In this document: positions 25,789-36,206 of the stretch, piece after piece
Layout of the letters: the number at the start of each line of letters is the position of its first letter
Numbering within the stretch: the stretch's first letter is position 1
From: Candidatus Aegiribacteria sp.
GTDB lineage: Bacteria; Fermentibacterota; Fermentibacteria; Fermentibacterales; JCC-6
Length of the DNA stretch: 61,280 nucleotides
Direction of reading: 5' to 3'
NCBI GenBank assembly: GCA_046498225.1
Contig: JAWOBF010000019.1
Location: 1 to 61,280, forward strand
The notes under the pieces: generated by a model
The model's input: only the letters and a program-made list of their open reading frames with translations
Told to the model about the DNA's origin: nothing
Database searches by the model: none
Program-made: the position numbers and the translations under genes

Positions 25789-28260
25789 CCCTTCGGTCCA
25801 CTCCGGGTCCATTACGCTCCTGATCAGGCGCGAAAATTCCTCCACACGGTACGGTTTCTGAATAAAACCCTGCAGCTGCTTTCCAGCGAACCTGTGCATC
25901 ACGTCCTTCCTGCTGAAACCGCTGGAGACGATCACCGGAACATCTTTCCGGACCCTGCGCATCTCACGGTATACCTCGTCCCCGCTCAGGTGAGGCATCG
26001 TCAGATCGAGCACCGCCAGCACTATGCTATTCGAATGCTCCCTGAACAGGTCAAGCGCCTGTCTGCCGTCCTGCGCGGCCAGAACGTCGAAACCAAGGTG
26101 CTGGAGCATCTTCCGGCCGACGGCAAGAACGGTGTCCTCGTCGTCGGCGAAGAGGACGGTCCCGGAGCATTTCCATCTCTCGGCTTCAGCAGCGGTGCCG
26201 GGCATGGAAACGGAGTTCTCATTCACCGGACAGGCGGGAAAAAGGACTTTGAAAGTGGTTCCCTCACCAGGTTCACTGTAGACCTTTACCGCGCCCCCGT
26301 GTCCTTTCACGATGCCCAGGACCGAGGAAAGCCCCAGCCCCCTTCCGGTGTATTTGGTGGTGAAGAAGGGCTCGAAGATCTGAGCCTTCACGGACCCGTC
26401 CATTCCGCATCCGGTGTCCGCCACCTCAAGGTATACGTACATATCCTCCCGTATGTCGTCGGTGAGTTCGGTGGTGGCCAGGTATTCCCGGTCGCAGTAC
26501 ATGGCGCCGGTAGTTATGGATATGTAACCGCTCCTGTCTTCTATGGCCTCTGACGCATTGGTTATGAGGTTCATCAGGATCTGCCTTATCTGCGTGGCGT
26601 CCGCCGATATCCGGGGCAGCTCCTCCGCCAGCCTGAACTTCAGGACCGCTTTCTTGGAAATGCTGACCTCGAGCATGTGGGTCAGTTCCAATACTATTTC
26701 GTTCAGGTCCAGGGGATGTATCTCGAAATCGCTCCTGCCGGAGTAGGCCAGCATCTGGCGGGCCAGGTCCGATGCGGTGGATGCGGCTCTTACTATTTCC
26801 TCGAGAAAGTTCTTTGCCGTGCCGGCCTCGGCCAGCGAAAGCATGGCCAGGTCGGCGTTGCCCATTATGGCCATGAGCAGGTTGTTGAAATCGTGGGCTA
26901 TACCGCCTGCCAGCACTCCCAGGCTCTCCAGCTTCTGCGTATGCTGGATGCGGCCCTCCAGTTCAAGCCGTTTCATCTCCGCTTCCCTGCGGGCTGTGAT
27001 ATCCCTCACCACAGCTATGACCCTTTCCCCGCCGTAGGGGGCCAGCCTGGCCTCGAAATACCGGTGCCTGGAATCCATGTCCAGTTCGTATTCCACTGAC
27101 TGGATCGCTCCGGTATCAAGGGTTTTCCCTATGGTTGCCAGTATCTCATCCAGCTTGTCATCTGACAGCCCCAGCTCGCCGATACTGCTTCCCACTATGC
27201 TCCGGGAGGGAATGGCCAGGTCGCTCTCATCCTCGACCCAGTACTCCACGTATTCGCCGTCCCTGGTAAGAACGAACATGATATCCGGCATGGTCCTGAG
27301 GAGAGTCTCCATGTTCCTGACACTCTGGCTCAGCTGTTCCTCGCTGTTCCTGAGAGCCAGCTTGGCACGGTACCATTCGGTTATGTCAACGGCGATTCCC
27401 CCTATCAGCGGCTCCAGCCCCTCCCTGTCTATCCTGAACGAATGGACCTCGAAGACCGACCCGGTATTCCCCAGGTCCAGCCTCTTCTCGTATACATGGT
27501 ATCCCTTTTCAAGCGTTCTGCCGTCCTCTTCCATCATCCCGGAAGCGTAATCCTCGGGAAAGAGAGAGGAAGGGTTCTTGCCCACCCATTTCTCGGCGGG
27601 ACCGAAGAGGTCTCTGAAATAGCTGTTCACGTGCAGATACCTCGAGCTGCTGTCCCTCACGAAGGCGGGTCCCGGGAAATGATCCAGGAAGGCGTTGAGC
27701 AGAGCCTCGGATTCCCTCAGGGATCGAATGGACCTGTCCCTCTCCCCCTCCAGCCTGATCACGTGCAGGGCGTACGCTATATCCTCTGCCATCTCCCGGA
27801 ACAGGGCCTGCTGGGTATCGTCCGCCTTATGCTCCGAAGGGAATCCGGCGGCGATGACCCCGAACACTGTTCCGTCATGCTCCAGCCTGGTGACGCAGCT
27901 CTCCAGCTGCTCGTAATCCTCTTCCTTCAGTCTGCAGGATCTGCAGTAGGGTTCGTCGGCCCTGTTGAGGACAACCTCCTCCGTGTCCAGCGCCATGCTG
28001 ACGCAGGGGGGGAGCTGTCCGGAGGAAACCATGTCCAGGAGGTTATGGAAATCATCGCCGATGCCCGAATCCGCCGAATCGATCACTTTCCCCGATCCAT
28101 CCGTGAGCAGTATCCAGCTGTAGACGTAGCCGCCCATTCCCGACAGTATGCGGCAGGCTTCCCGTATCAGTTTCCGGGGGTCCTTCTCCCAGGTTATCAG
28201 CCTGTCCACCCCTCTCAACGAGTCTATGACCTGCCTCAGGTACTGAACGCTTTCCGTCAT
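25780..28260 (-). CDS. Cytoplasmic hybrid histidine kinase (GAF-PAS-PAS-HisKA-HATPase-REC)
   Basis: GGIAHDFNNLL, QILMNLITNA, DTGCGM, FEPFFTTK, GRGLGL; REC ADDE...DLTMP...KPY. Confidence 0.95.
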   Translation of the reverse strand: MTESVQYLRQVIDSLRGVDRLITWEKDPRKLIREACRILSGMGGYVYSWILLTDGSGKVIDSADSGIGDDFHNLLDMVSSGQLPPCVSMALDTEEVVLNRADEPYCRSCRLKEEDYEQLESCVTRLEHDGTVFGVIAAGFPSEHKADDTQQALFREMAEDIAYALHVIRLEGERDRSIRSLRESEALLNAFLDHFPGPAFVRDSSSRYLHVNSYFRDLFGPAEKWVGKNPSSLFPEDYASGMMEEDGRTLEKGYHVYEKRLDLGNTGSVFEVHSFRIDREGLEPLIGGIAVDITEWYRAKLALRNSEEQLSQSVRNMETLLRTMPDIMFVLTRDGEYVEYWVEDESDLAIPSRSIVGSSIGELGLSDDKLDEILATIGKTLDTGAIQSVEYELDMDSRHRYFEARLAPYGGERVIAVVRDITARREAEMKRLELEGRIQHTQKLESLGVLAGGIAHDFNNLLMAIMGNADLAMLSLAEAGTAKNFLEEIVRAASTASDLARQMLAYSGRSDFEIHPLDLNEIVLELTHMLEVSISKKAVLKFRLAEELPRISADATQIRQILMNLITNASEAIEDRSGYISITTGAMYCDREYLATTELTDDIREDMYVYLEVADTGCGMDGSVKAQIFEPFFTTKYTGRGLGLSSVLGIVKGHGGAVKVYSEPGEGTTFKVLFPACPVNENSVSMPGTAAEAERWKCSGTVLFADDEDTVLAVGRKMLQHLGFDVLAAQDGRQALDLFREHSNSIVLAVLDLTMPHLSGDEVYREMRRVRKDVPVIVSSGFSRKDVMHRFAGKQLQGFIQKPYRVEEFSRLIRSVMDPEWTEGSE

Positions 28261-28379
28261 GGCAACTCCCGGGAAGAAAATGGTGTCTCAGTCAGGGCGG
28301 AACATGGTCTTGACTATATTGTACAGGGACCGTATTGAGCAAGTACGGATCCGAAGGACCCTGCATCGAAAGGAGAACG

Positions 28380-29033
28380 ATGTTGAACAGACTGTTATTG
28401 CCGACTCTGATCGCGCTTGCCGCCGCCTGCGCCGCGGAGGATACTCTCCAGCTGCCCCCGCCCGAAGACGGCAGCGGCATGACCCTGGAAGAGGCTGTAG
28501 ACAGCAGACGCTCCGTGAGATCCTACTCCGACGACCCTGTTACACTCCCTCAGTTGTCCGGTATTCTCCATTCAGCCCAGGGAATAACTTCCGAAAGGGG
28601 ATACAGGGCCGCGCCGTCGGCCGGGGCAACCTATCCAATGACCATCCATGTCGTGGCCGAGAGAGTGGATGGGCTGAGACCGGGAATCTACGTCTACCGT
28701 CCGGAGAGATCGACCCTGGAAACCCTGATGACCGGAACGTTCCTCGACGACCTGGCGGGAGCCGCCCTGGGTCAGTCCTGCATAACGGATGCCGCCCTGG
28801 CTGTGGTAATACTGGCGGACTACTCGGTCACCACAGACGTCTACGGTGAGAGGGGCATCAGGTACGTTCATATGGAGGCGGGGCATGTCTCTCAGAACAT
28901 CTACCTCCGGGCCACCGCCATGGGCCTTGGAACGGTGGCCGTAGGCGCATTCAGCGACGACGAGGCAGCCGCTCTTCTGGGAGTCGAGGACAGCCTGGCG
29001 CCGCTGTACATAATGCCGGTGGGAAGCCTGTGA
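28380..29033 (+). CDS. SagB/ThcOx-type nitroreductase-family protein with export signal
   Basis: RRSVRSY, RAAPSAGATYP, YGERGIRYVHMEAGH, VGAF; AGGAG RBS before ATG 28380. Confidence 0.9.
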   Translation: MLNRLLLPTLIALAAACAAEDTLQLPPPEDGSGMTLEEAVDSRRSVRSYSDDPVTLPQLSGILHSAQGITSERGYRAAPSAGATYPMTIHVVAERVDGLRPGIYVYRPERSTLETLMTGTFLDDLAGAALGQSCITDAALAVVILADYSVTTDVYGERGIRYVHMEAGHVSQNIYLRATAMGLGTVAVGAFSDDEAAALLGVEDSLAPLYIMPVGSL

Positions 29034-29314
29034 GGGGAATGGGACTGCGGAATACCCTCAGGGTACTGATGAGAAGGCTCTTCCCTCCCATGTTCACGGT
29101 AAGGATAGAAGGAGGCGGGACAAGAGCGGTGCAGGGCACTGTAACTTCGGCCTTTCTCGAGGACTGTCAGGATATCGTCCGAAGAAGGGGGATAGAGTCC
29201 GGCTGGATCTGGGGCCACAGGATGGAGCGCGGCGTCAGGCTGGAGTTCTCCTCCGATATCGCTCCCGGGGACAGGCAGAGGTTCAGGAACACCGCGGGGG
29301 TCCATAGACTGTGA
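29030..29314 (+). CDS. DUF3634-like small protein
   Basis: FTVRIEGG...FLEDC...RLEFS...QRFRN; GTGA overlaps with both neighbours. Confidence 0.7.
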   Translation: MRGMGLRNTLRVLMRRLFPPMFTVRIEGGGTRAVQGTVTSAFLEDCQDIVRRRGIESGWIWGHRMERGVRLEFSSDIAPGDRQRFRNTAGVHRL

Positions 29315-29637
29315 GGGATGAACCGGGACCCATGTACCGGAGGATATACGATACGGTCAGGGCCGTACCTCCCGGCAGGGTGGCCACATACGGTCAAATC
29401 GCCCGTATCGCTGGAAGGTGCTCTGCCAGGAACGTGGGCTACGCCATGTCCTCGGTGCGCCCTGAAAGCGATGTTCCCTGGCACAGGGTAATGAACAGCC
29501 GCGGCAGGATAAGCGTGAGGAGCCGGGGAGAACCGAGCCGGCTCCAGAGGGCGATGCTGGAAGCTGAAGGCATCATCTTCGGACCGGACGGCTCGGCGGA
29601 CCTGAAGGTATTCGGATGGCGGGGCCCGGAGGGCTGA
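29311..29637 (+). CDS. Alkyltransferase-like (ATL/YbaZ-type) O6-alkylguanine-binding protein
   Basis: GRVATYGQIA, ARNVG, PWHRV (Trp replaces catalytic Cys of PCHRV). Confidence 0.9.
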   Translation: MRDEPGPMYRRIYDTVRAVPPGRVATYGQIARIAGRCSARNVGYAMSSVRPESDVPWHRVMNSRGRISVRSRGEPSRLQRAMLEAEGIIFGPDGSADLKVFGWRGPEG

Positions 29638-29716
29638 AAGAAAGGTATGGTTTTTTCGGTACCGCTTGAATATGATGAAGGCAGCAGGATCAATCCGGGT
29701 TGAAGGGACACGTTAT

Positions 29717-30310
29717 ATGACAAAGCTTGCGATACTGACAATTGCATTGTTTACAGTGGCGGGAGCTGACGAGGTATGGACCTTCCCCTTCGATGAACTG
29801 GGAGCGGAGTGGACGGTGGAGGGTTACTGGACCATCACCGGCACGGGAGGGTATACCGGATCTCCCGGCTCGGTGAAGGAGTTGAGATGGACTTACTCCA
29901 CCATGGCCAGCGGCCAGATGACGCTGCCCGAAGGGATCGATTCGATAACCGTGGAGATGAACAGCGGATACGATTATTACGGGTACGCCATGGACGGCGG
30001 GTCGCAGGTCTCCATGGAAGGCCTCCTTTCCAGGAATACCGATGAAACATACACTCTGGTGGATGTCGCCGACGGTGTGGTAACCTGGGACTACGCCTCA
30101 TACAGCGGCTCGGACACCACTTCCATATCCCAGGTAGTGCCCATCGACCCCGGCGACGTCATTGAACTCGAGTTCACCGCGGGAAGGAACTCCTACGGAT
30201 ACATCTACTACGTGTCCCTCTTCTGGAGCCTGTGGGACATGACAATAACGGGTCACGGCAGCACCGGGCTCTCACGGAGGACATGGGCCGGAATCAAGAG
30301 TTCCATCTGA
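29717..30310 (+). CDS. Secreted acidic protein with C-terminal TWxxIK tail
   Basis: Signal peptide MTKLAILTIALFTVAGA; ends GLSRRTWAGIKSSI. Confidence 0.8.
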   Translation: MTKLAILTIALFTVAGADEVWTFPFDELGAEWTVEGYWTITGTGGYTGSPGSVKELRWTYSTMASGQMTLPEGIDSITVEMNSGYDYYGYAMDGGSQVSMEGLLSRNTDETYTLVDVADGVVTWDYASYSGSDTTSISQVVPIDPGDVIELEFTAGRNSYGYIYYVSLFWSLWDMTITGHGSTGLSRRTWAGIKSSI

Positions 30311-30459
30311 TGCCCCGTCGGAGGTCATCTCCTCTTCGTACATAGCTGTCGTCGGGAATGCCTCCCGGGTGTTCCCGCCTCCGGCCCGGTGTACCGGTGA
30401 TCACTCACGGCCTTATATTACGCTCCTGAGATGGAGTTTTCACTTTCACTGCAGGGGGC

Positions 30460-32142
30460 ATGATGGCAACCGAAGATAACGGCGGCCCGGACTTCATCAG
30501 GGCAATAGTGGAGCGCGACATCAGGCGGGGAAAGCATGGTGGGAGGGTCCATACCAGGTTCCCGCCGGAACCCAACGGTTACCTTCACATCGGGCACGCC
30601 AAGGCGATATGCACCGATTTCGGCATAGCCGAGGAGTACGGGGGGCTTTGCAACCTCCGCTTCGACGACACCAACCCGGTAAAGGAGGACGTGGAGTACG
30701 TCGAGTCCATCAAGAGGGATATCCGATGGCTCGGCTACGACTGGGGCGACAGGCTCTACTTCGCCTCCGATTATTTCGAGAAGATGTACGGATACGCCGA
30801 GCAGCTCATCGAAAAGGGGGTCGCCTACGTGTGCGACCTCTCGGCCGAGGAGGTCCGTCAGTACAGGGGAACCCTCACCGAACCGGGCAGGAACAGTCCT
30901 TACAGGGACCGGACGGTGGAGGAGAACCTTGATCTTTTCAGAAGGATGAGAGCGGGTGAGTTCCCCGACGGCTCGAGAACACTTCGGGCCAGGATAGACA
31001 TGGCCTCACCCAACATCAACATGAGGGACCCGGCCATCTACCGGATCCTCAGGAAGACCCATCACCGTACCGGGGACGACTGGTGCATCTACCCCATGTA
31101 CGATTACGCCCACTGCCTCGAGGACTCCATAGAGGGCATAACCCATTCCTTCTGCTCCATCGAGTTCGAGGACCACCGTCCCCTGTACGACTGGTTCCTC
31201 GACCAGCTGGATATCTTCCATCCCCAGCAGATAGAGTTCGCCAGGCTGAACCTCACCTATACGGTTATGAGCAAGAGAAAACTGGCGATGCTGGTTGAGA
31301 GGGGGCTGGTCTCGGGGTGGGACGACCCCCGGATGCCCACGCTGGCCGGTCTTCGGCGCAGGGGAGTGACACCTGAGTCCGTAAGGAGCTTCGTGGACAG
31401 GATAGGCCTGGCCAAGAGGGACAGCACTGTGGACATGGCCCTGCTGGATTACTGCGTAAGGGATGACCTGAACAGCAGATGCACAAGGTTCATGGGGGTT
31501 CTGGATCCCCTCAAGGTGGTTATCGAGAACTATCCTCAGGGTGAAACGGAGCTGCTGGAGTTCGTGAACAATCCGGAGGACGCCTCCGCGGGTTCGAGGA
31601 TGGTACCTTTTTCCCGCGAGATATACATAGAACGGGACGATTTCCAGGAGGAACCCCACAAGAAGTTCAAGCGGCTGGCCCCCGGAAGGGAAGTCCGTCT
31701 CAGGTACGCATACCTGATCAGGTGCGTGGACGTGGTCAGAGACGACCAGGGAAGGATCACCTCCCTGTTATGCACCTACGACCCGGAGACCAGGGGAGGG
31801 AACGCTCCTGACGGACGCAAGGTCCGGGGCACCATTCACTGGGTCAGCGCGGATCACGCGGTGGAAGCCGTGGTCCGGCTCTACGAAAGGCTGTTCACCG
31901 TTCCCAACCCCCTGGCGGAAGATGACTTCATGAGTACCATCAACCGGAATTCCATGGAGGTCCTCAGGGGATGCATGCTTGAACCGGCCACTGAAGAGGT
32001 GCAGGTCGGTACCCCGGTGCAGTTCGAGCGCAAGGGGTATTTCTGCCGCGACCCGGAGTCCTCCCGGGACCTGCCGGTCTGGAACAGGACCGTCCCGCTG
32101 AGGGATACCTGGAAGAAAATTCTTCGGAACGAGGGCGGGTAG
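30460..32142 (+). CDS. glnS: Glutamine--tRNA ligase
   Basis: [43 protein letters not shown]. Confidence 0.97.
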   Translation: MMATEDNGGPDFIRAIVERDIRRGKHGGRVHTRFPPEPNGYLHIGHAKAICTDFGIAEEYGGLCNLRFDDTNPVKEDVEYVESIKRDIRWLGYDWGDRLYFASDYFEKMYGYAEQLIEKGVAYVCDLSAEEVRQYRGTLTEPGRNSPYRDRTVEENLDLFRRMRAGEFPDGSRTLRARIDMASPNINMRDPAIYRILRKTHHRTGDDWCIYPMYDYAHCLEDSIEGITHSFCSIEFEDHRPLYDWFLDQLDIFHPQQIEFARLNLTYTVMSKRKLAMLVERGLVSGWDDPRMPTLAGLRRRGVTPESVRSFVDRIGLAKRDSTVDMALLDYCVRDDLNSRCTRFMGVLDPLKVVIENYPQGETELLEFVNNPEDASAGSRMVPFSREIYIERDDFQEEPHKKFKRLAPGREVRLRYAYLIRCVDVVRDDQGRITSLLCTYDPETRGGNAPDGRKVRGTIHWVSADHAVEAVVRLYERLFTVPNPLAEDDFMSTINRNSMEVLRGCMLEPATEEVQVGTPVQFERKGYFCRDPESSRDLPVWNRTVPLRDTWKKILRNEGG

Positions 32143-32144
32143 AC

Positions 32145-33278
32145 ATCCGCAGCGGCAGGGATGAACTGAAGCACCTGAGGCATGCTCTTCACAGCATGCC
32201 GGAACTGTCGGGCCGGGAGAGCCGCACCGCTCAGGCTGTGGCCGGGGCCATGCCCGCTAATGACGGACTGGTCACCGGCCTGGGAGGACATGGGGTAGCC
32301 GTACGGTTCGAAGGCTCCTCCCCCGGTCCGGATGTGCTGCTGCGATGCGACATGGACGCCCTTCCCATAGACGAAAACCTGGACCTCCCCTACAGATCAG
32401 CTTCTTCTGGCGTATCTCACAAGTGCGGTCATGACGGGCACATGGCCATCATGGCCGGAGTCGCCGCTGCCCTGAGCCGCTGCCGTCCCGGCTCCGGGGC
32501 GGTCACGCTGCTTTTCCAGCCGGCGGAGGAGACCGGACAGGGTGCCCGAAGAGTGCTTGACGACCCGGCTTTCGAGGAACTGAAACCAGATATGGCCTTC
32601 GCCCTGCATAACCTGCCGGGTTACCCCCCGGGCAGCGTCATAGTCAGGGAAGGAACCTTCGCCTCCGCTTCAAAGGGTATGATAATTGAACTCAAGGGAT
32701 CATCCTCCCACGCCTCCGAACCCCACCTCGGCAGAAGCCCGGCCATGGCCGCGGCACATCTGATCGGGGCTTTCACGGGTCTTCCGCAGATGGCGGTTTC
32801 CATGGACCAGGGAGCGAAAGCCACGGTAATCCACGTAAGGGTAGGAGAAGAGGCTTTCGGAACATCTCCCGGAGAGGGCCTGGTCATGGCCACCCTGAGG
32901 ACCCATACGCCCGGGACCATGGAGACCGTGGCGGGCAGGGCGGAAGAGATCGCTCATGCAACGGCGAAGGCCTACGGTCTTCAGTGCGCCGTCTCCTGGA
33001 CTCAGGAGTTTCCCGCCACGGTGAACGACCCTTCATCAGTTAAAGCGATAGTTTCAGCGGCGGAAGAACTTGGCTTGAAGGTGATACGGAACGAAGTTCC
33101 CTTTCCGTGGTCCGAGGATTTCGGCCACTTCACGGCCGCCTGTCCCGGGGCTCTCTTCGGGCTGGGAGCAGGGGTGGACCATCCCGCCCTTCACAGCCCG
33201 GACTACGATTTTCCAGACCGGCTGATTCCCGCCGGCGTCCGGCTTTTCAACGGAATAATTCGCGGCATCCTTGGCTGA
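32145..33278 (+). CDS. M20D amidohydrolase (start uncertain)
   Basis: LRHALHSMPELSGRE, RCDMDAL, HKCGHDGH, FQPAEE, ALHN, SEDF, LHSPDYDF; first ATG is 32196 but homology begins earlier. Confidence 0.9.
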   Translation: MRSGRDELKHLRHALHSMPELSGRESRTAQAVAGAMPANDGLVTGLGGHGVAVRFEGSSPGPDVLLRCDMDALPIDENLDLPYRSASSGVSHKCGHDGHMAIMAGVAAALSRCRPGSGAVTLLFQPAEETGQGARRVLDDPAFEELKPDMAFALHNLPGYPPGSVIVREGTFASASKGMIIELKGSSSHASEPHLGRSPAMAAAHLIGAFTGLPQMAVSMDQGAKATVIHVRVGEEAFGTSPGEGLVMATLRTHTPGTMETVAGRAEEIAHATAKAYGLQCAVSWTQEFPATVNDPSSVKAIVSAAEELGLKVIRNEVPFPWSEDFGHFTAACPGALFGLGAGVDHPALHSPDYDFPDRLIPAGVRLFNGIIRGILG

Positions 33279-33292
33279 AAGGCGGTGAAGAA

Positions 33293-34465
33293 CTGTACGA
33301 GAGTTCCTGGATAGAGCTGAGCAGAAGCGCTCTGTGCGACAACGTCGCCTTCATGCGCGAGCACATAGGCCCCGGGGCGGAACTGTCCTGCGTCTTGAAG
33401 GGCAACGCCTACGGTCACGGAATACAGGCGTTCCTTCCCCTGGCTGAGGACTGCGGCATAAGGCATTTCTCCGTGTTCTCCGCCAGGGAGGCGGAGGCCG
33501 CCCTCAGGGCGGTAGAACACGGCAGCAGTATCATGATAATGGGGTATCTGCCCGTGGAAGCTGTCCCCTGGGCCATAAGGAACGATATCTCCTTCTACGT
33601 CTTCGACCTTCCCAGGCTGGAGATGGCGGTGAAGGTCGCCCGGCAGCTTCAATTGACCGCAAGGGTACACCTGGAGCTGGAGACGGGCCTGAACCGCACG
33701 GGAATAACCGATGATGAGATGGAGAGGGCTGCTGCGATGATAAAGTCCTGCCCCGAGCTGGAAGTGGCGGGAGTGACCACCCATTACGCCGGGGCCGAGA
33801 CCGTTTCCAACTACCTTCGGATACAGAACCAGATAGCCCTATTCAACGATAAGTGCTCCTGGCTGGAGGGTCGGGGAATTGACGTGGGAATTCGCCACAC
33901 GGCCTGCTCCGCCGCGGCCATGACCTATCCCGAGACCATCATGGACATGGTCAGGTCGGGCATCGCCCTCTACGGCTACTGGCCCACGGGGGAGACCAAG
34001 ATGAACTATCTGCTGAATTACTCCGGCGGGGATGAGGACGAGCTGTCCAAGATGCCATCCCCTCTGAGGAGGGTCATGAGCTGGAAGACCAGGATAATGT
34101 CCATCCACGATCTGCCGCCGGGGCAGTTCGTGGGTTACGGCAACACATGCATGACCACCGTCAGAAGCAGGATAGCCTCCATACCCATAGGATACTCCCA
34201 CGGCTTCCCCCGCGATCTGAGCAACCTGGGATTCGTTCTCGTCAGGGGAAAGAGAGCGCCGGTGACCGGCCTGGTCAACATGAACATGACACTGGTCAAC
34301 GTTACCGGGATAGAGGGAGTCTCCAGGGGGGATGAAGTGGTGATAATCGGAGAACAGGGAGACCTGGAGGTGACCGTCAGCTCCTTCAGCGAGATGTCAC
34401 AGTACCTGAACTACGAGGTCCTGGTCCAGATCCCCCAGCACATCCCCAGGGTGATTGTGGACTGA
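33293..34465 (+). CDS. alr: Alanine racemase
   Basis: SWIELS, VLKGNAYGHG (PLP Lys), ETGLNRTG, MVRSGIALYG, VGYG, IGYSHG; probable CTG start. Confidence 0.92.
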   Translation: MYESSWIELSRSALCDNVAFMREHIGPGAELSCVLKGNAYGHGIQAFLPLAEDCGIRHFSVFSAREAEAALRAVEHGSSIMIMGYLPVEAVPWAIRNDISFYVFDLPRLEMAVKVARQLQLTARVHLELETGLNRTGITDDEMERAAAMIKSCPELEVAGVTTHYAGAETVSNYLRIQNQIALFNDKCSWLEGRGIDVGIRHTACSAAAMTYPETIMDMVRSGIALYGYWPTGETKMNYLLNYSGGDEDELSKMPSPLRRVMSWKTRIMSIHDLPPGQFVGYGNTCMTTVRSRIASIPIGYSHGFPRDLSNLGFVLVRGKRAPVTGLVNMNMTLVNVTGIEGVSRGDEVVIIGEQGDLEVTVSSFSEMSQYLNYEVLVQIPQHIPRVIVD

Positions 34466-34502
34466 ACCCCCGATCCGGGGGATTCGAAGAACCTGTTTCG
34501 TA

Positions 34503-35936
34503 TCAGAGCATGAAGTATACGGAGTGACCCTGCCGCCATACCAGAAGCAGGACACTGTCACCGGAGGAGAGGAGCCTGGACGCCTCTTCCAGAGAAGTCA
34601 CCTTATGGCCATCCACCTCCATTATCACGTCCCCCCGCTGTACACCCGCGCCGGCCGCTCTGCCGCCGGGGTCCACCTCTACCACCAGCGCTCCGCTCAG
34701 CGAAGGATCACCCATGGCTTCCGCCGTTTCCCGGTCAAGTGTCTCCAGTGTCCAGCCGAAACTGTCCGCCGAGGGGGATGGAGAGGAAGCTATCTCCGTA
34801 TCCTCCGAGGGTCTCTCCCCCAGCACCGCCGGCAGCGCCACCTTTCTGCCGTCGCGGAAGACCCCCAGTTCAACCCGGGTATCGGGGGCGTGGTCGGCTA
34901 TCAGATTCCGGAATTCGGTCACCGAGCGGAAGGATTCACTGTTGACGGTGAGTATAACGTCTCCCCTCTCCAGTCCCGAAGCGCTGGCCGGAGTATCCTC
35001 CAGCACCTGTGAGACGAGGACTCCCCCCTCGGCCGCCTCGAGACCGAAATGCTCAGCCAGCCCCGGTGTAAGTTCCTGTATGGTGACACCCAGCCAGCCT
35101 CTGCGAACGTACCCGTGCTCCAGGAGGTCGTTCATCACGTCAACGGCAACCCTGACGGGAATGGCGAACCCTATCCCCTGGTATCCGCCTGTCCTGCTGG
35201 CTATGGCGGTGTTTATTCCCACCAGCCTTCCCTCCAGGTCCACCAGCGCTCCGCCGCTGTTCCCGGGGTTTATGGCCGCGTCGGTCTGTATGTAATCCTC
35301 GTACGCGGCGAGACCCACGTCCGACCTGCCTATGTAGCTGATTATTCCCTGAGTGACGGTCTGGCTGAGAGCGAAGGGGGAACCCACCGCCAGTACCCAC
35401 TGTCCTACTCTGAGCTGGTCGCTGTCGCCCAGCTCTATGGCGGGCAGACCGTCGGCTTCGATGCTGATGACCGCCAGGTCGGTTTCCGGGTCGGTGCCCA
35501 CGAGCCGGCCGGAGTACCTGCTGCCGCTCTGCAGAACGACCTCCAGCTCATCCGCCTCCCCCACCACGTGATGGTTGGTGAGTATCAGTCCGTCACTTGT
35601 AACTATGACACCGCTGCCGATGCCGGTCATGGTGTATTCCTGCTCCTGCGGAGGACCGAACAGTCCCCCCCAGGGGTCCATCCTGAACGGTCTGGAGAGA
35701 TCGGGCATGGAGGGAACCCTGGCCACCACCGTTGTCCGCGAGGTGATGGTGACCACGCTGGGGCCCACCAGCTCCGATATCTCAACGAACATATTGCTGA
35801 GCATATGAGGGTCCACCACCACCGGTGAGCCGTTATCGGTCTTCCCGACAACATCCTGTGCCGGAACCGCTCCGGCGACCAGCATGACAAGAAGAACCGG
35901 TGCAACAATCCTGCTGCTGTCAAATCTCATTGTCAT
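34503..35936 (-). CDS. DegP/DegQ (Do family) serine endoprotease with two PDZ domains
   Basis: GSGVI, TNHHV, DLAV, QTDAAINPGNSGG; signal peptide. Confidence 0.95.
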   Translation of the reverse strand: MTMRFDSSRIVAPVLLVMLVAGAVPAQDVVGKTDNGSPVVVDPHMLSNMFVEISELVGPSVVTITSRTTVVARVPSMPDLSRPFRMDPWGGLFGPPQEQEYTMTGIGSGVIVTSDGLILTNHHVVGEADELEVVLQSGSRYSGRLVGTDPETDLAVISIEADGLPAIELGDSDQLRVGQWVLAVGSPFALSQTVTQGIISYIGRSDVGLAAYEDYIQTDAAINPGNSGGALVDLEGRLVGINTAIASRTGGYQGIGFAIPVRVAVDVMNDLLEHGYVRRGWLGVTIQELTPGLAEHFGLEAAEGGVLVSQVLEDTPASASGLERGDVILTVNSESFRSVTEFRNLIADHAPDTRVELGVFRDGRKVALPAVLGERPSEDTEIASSPSPSADSFGWTLETLDRETAEAMGDPSLSGALVVEVDPGGRAAGAGVQRGDVIMEVDGHKVTSLEEASRLLSSGDSVLLLVWRQGHSVYFML

Positions 35937-36019
35937 TCCTCCCGAATCTGCATATGCGCTGTTGAAACCTCGTGCTCTTCAGCTATTATATTCGAAAGGA
36001 GATCATTGGTTCCTCGCGT

Positions 36020-36133
36020 CCCGCCGGTGTGGGACCCCTCTCCCACGGTGAAGTGGTAGAGGTGGAGATAGAGAATATCGGAACGCTCAGGAACAGGGTC
36101 CGGGACGACTGCAGGGTCCAGCCGAAGGTATAG
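36020..36133 (+). pseudogene. C-terminal remnant of fumarylacetoacetate-hydrolase family gene
   Basis: [27 protein letters not shown] resembles FAH C-terminus (TPAGVGPL..GDVVEVEIEGIGTLRN); in-frame TGA upstream at 35963. Confidence 0.7.
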
Positions 36134-36206
36134 CTGGCCATGGAGGATGAACGATGCTATTGTACCGGTCCGGCACTTCCCGGCCATTACATGAACTGAA
36201 AGGACA

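Noticed and set aside
28380-29033. RiPP (TOMM) cluster around SagB-like gene
   Set aside because: No YcaO, precursor peptide or transporter; stand-alone SagB-type nitroreductases are common
29311-29637. Active O6-methylguanine methyltransferase (ogt)
   Set aside because: Catalytic Cys replaced by Trp (PWHRV)
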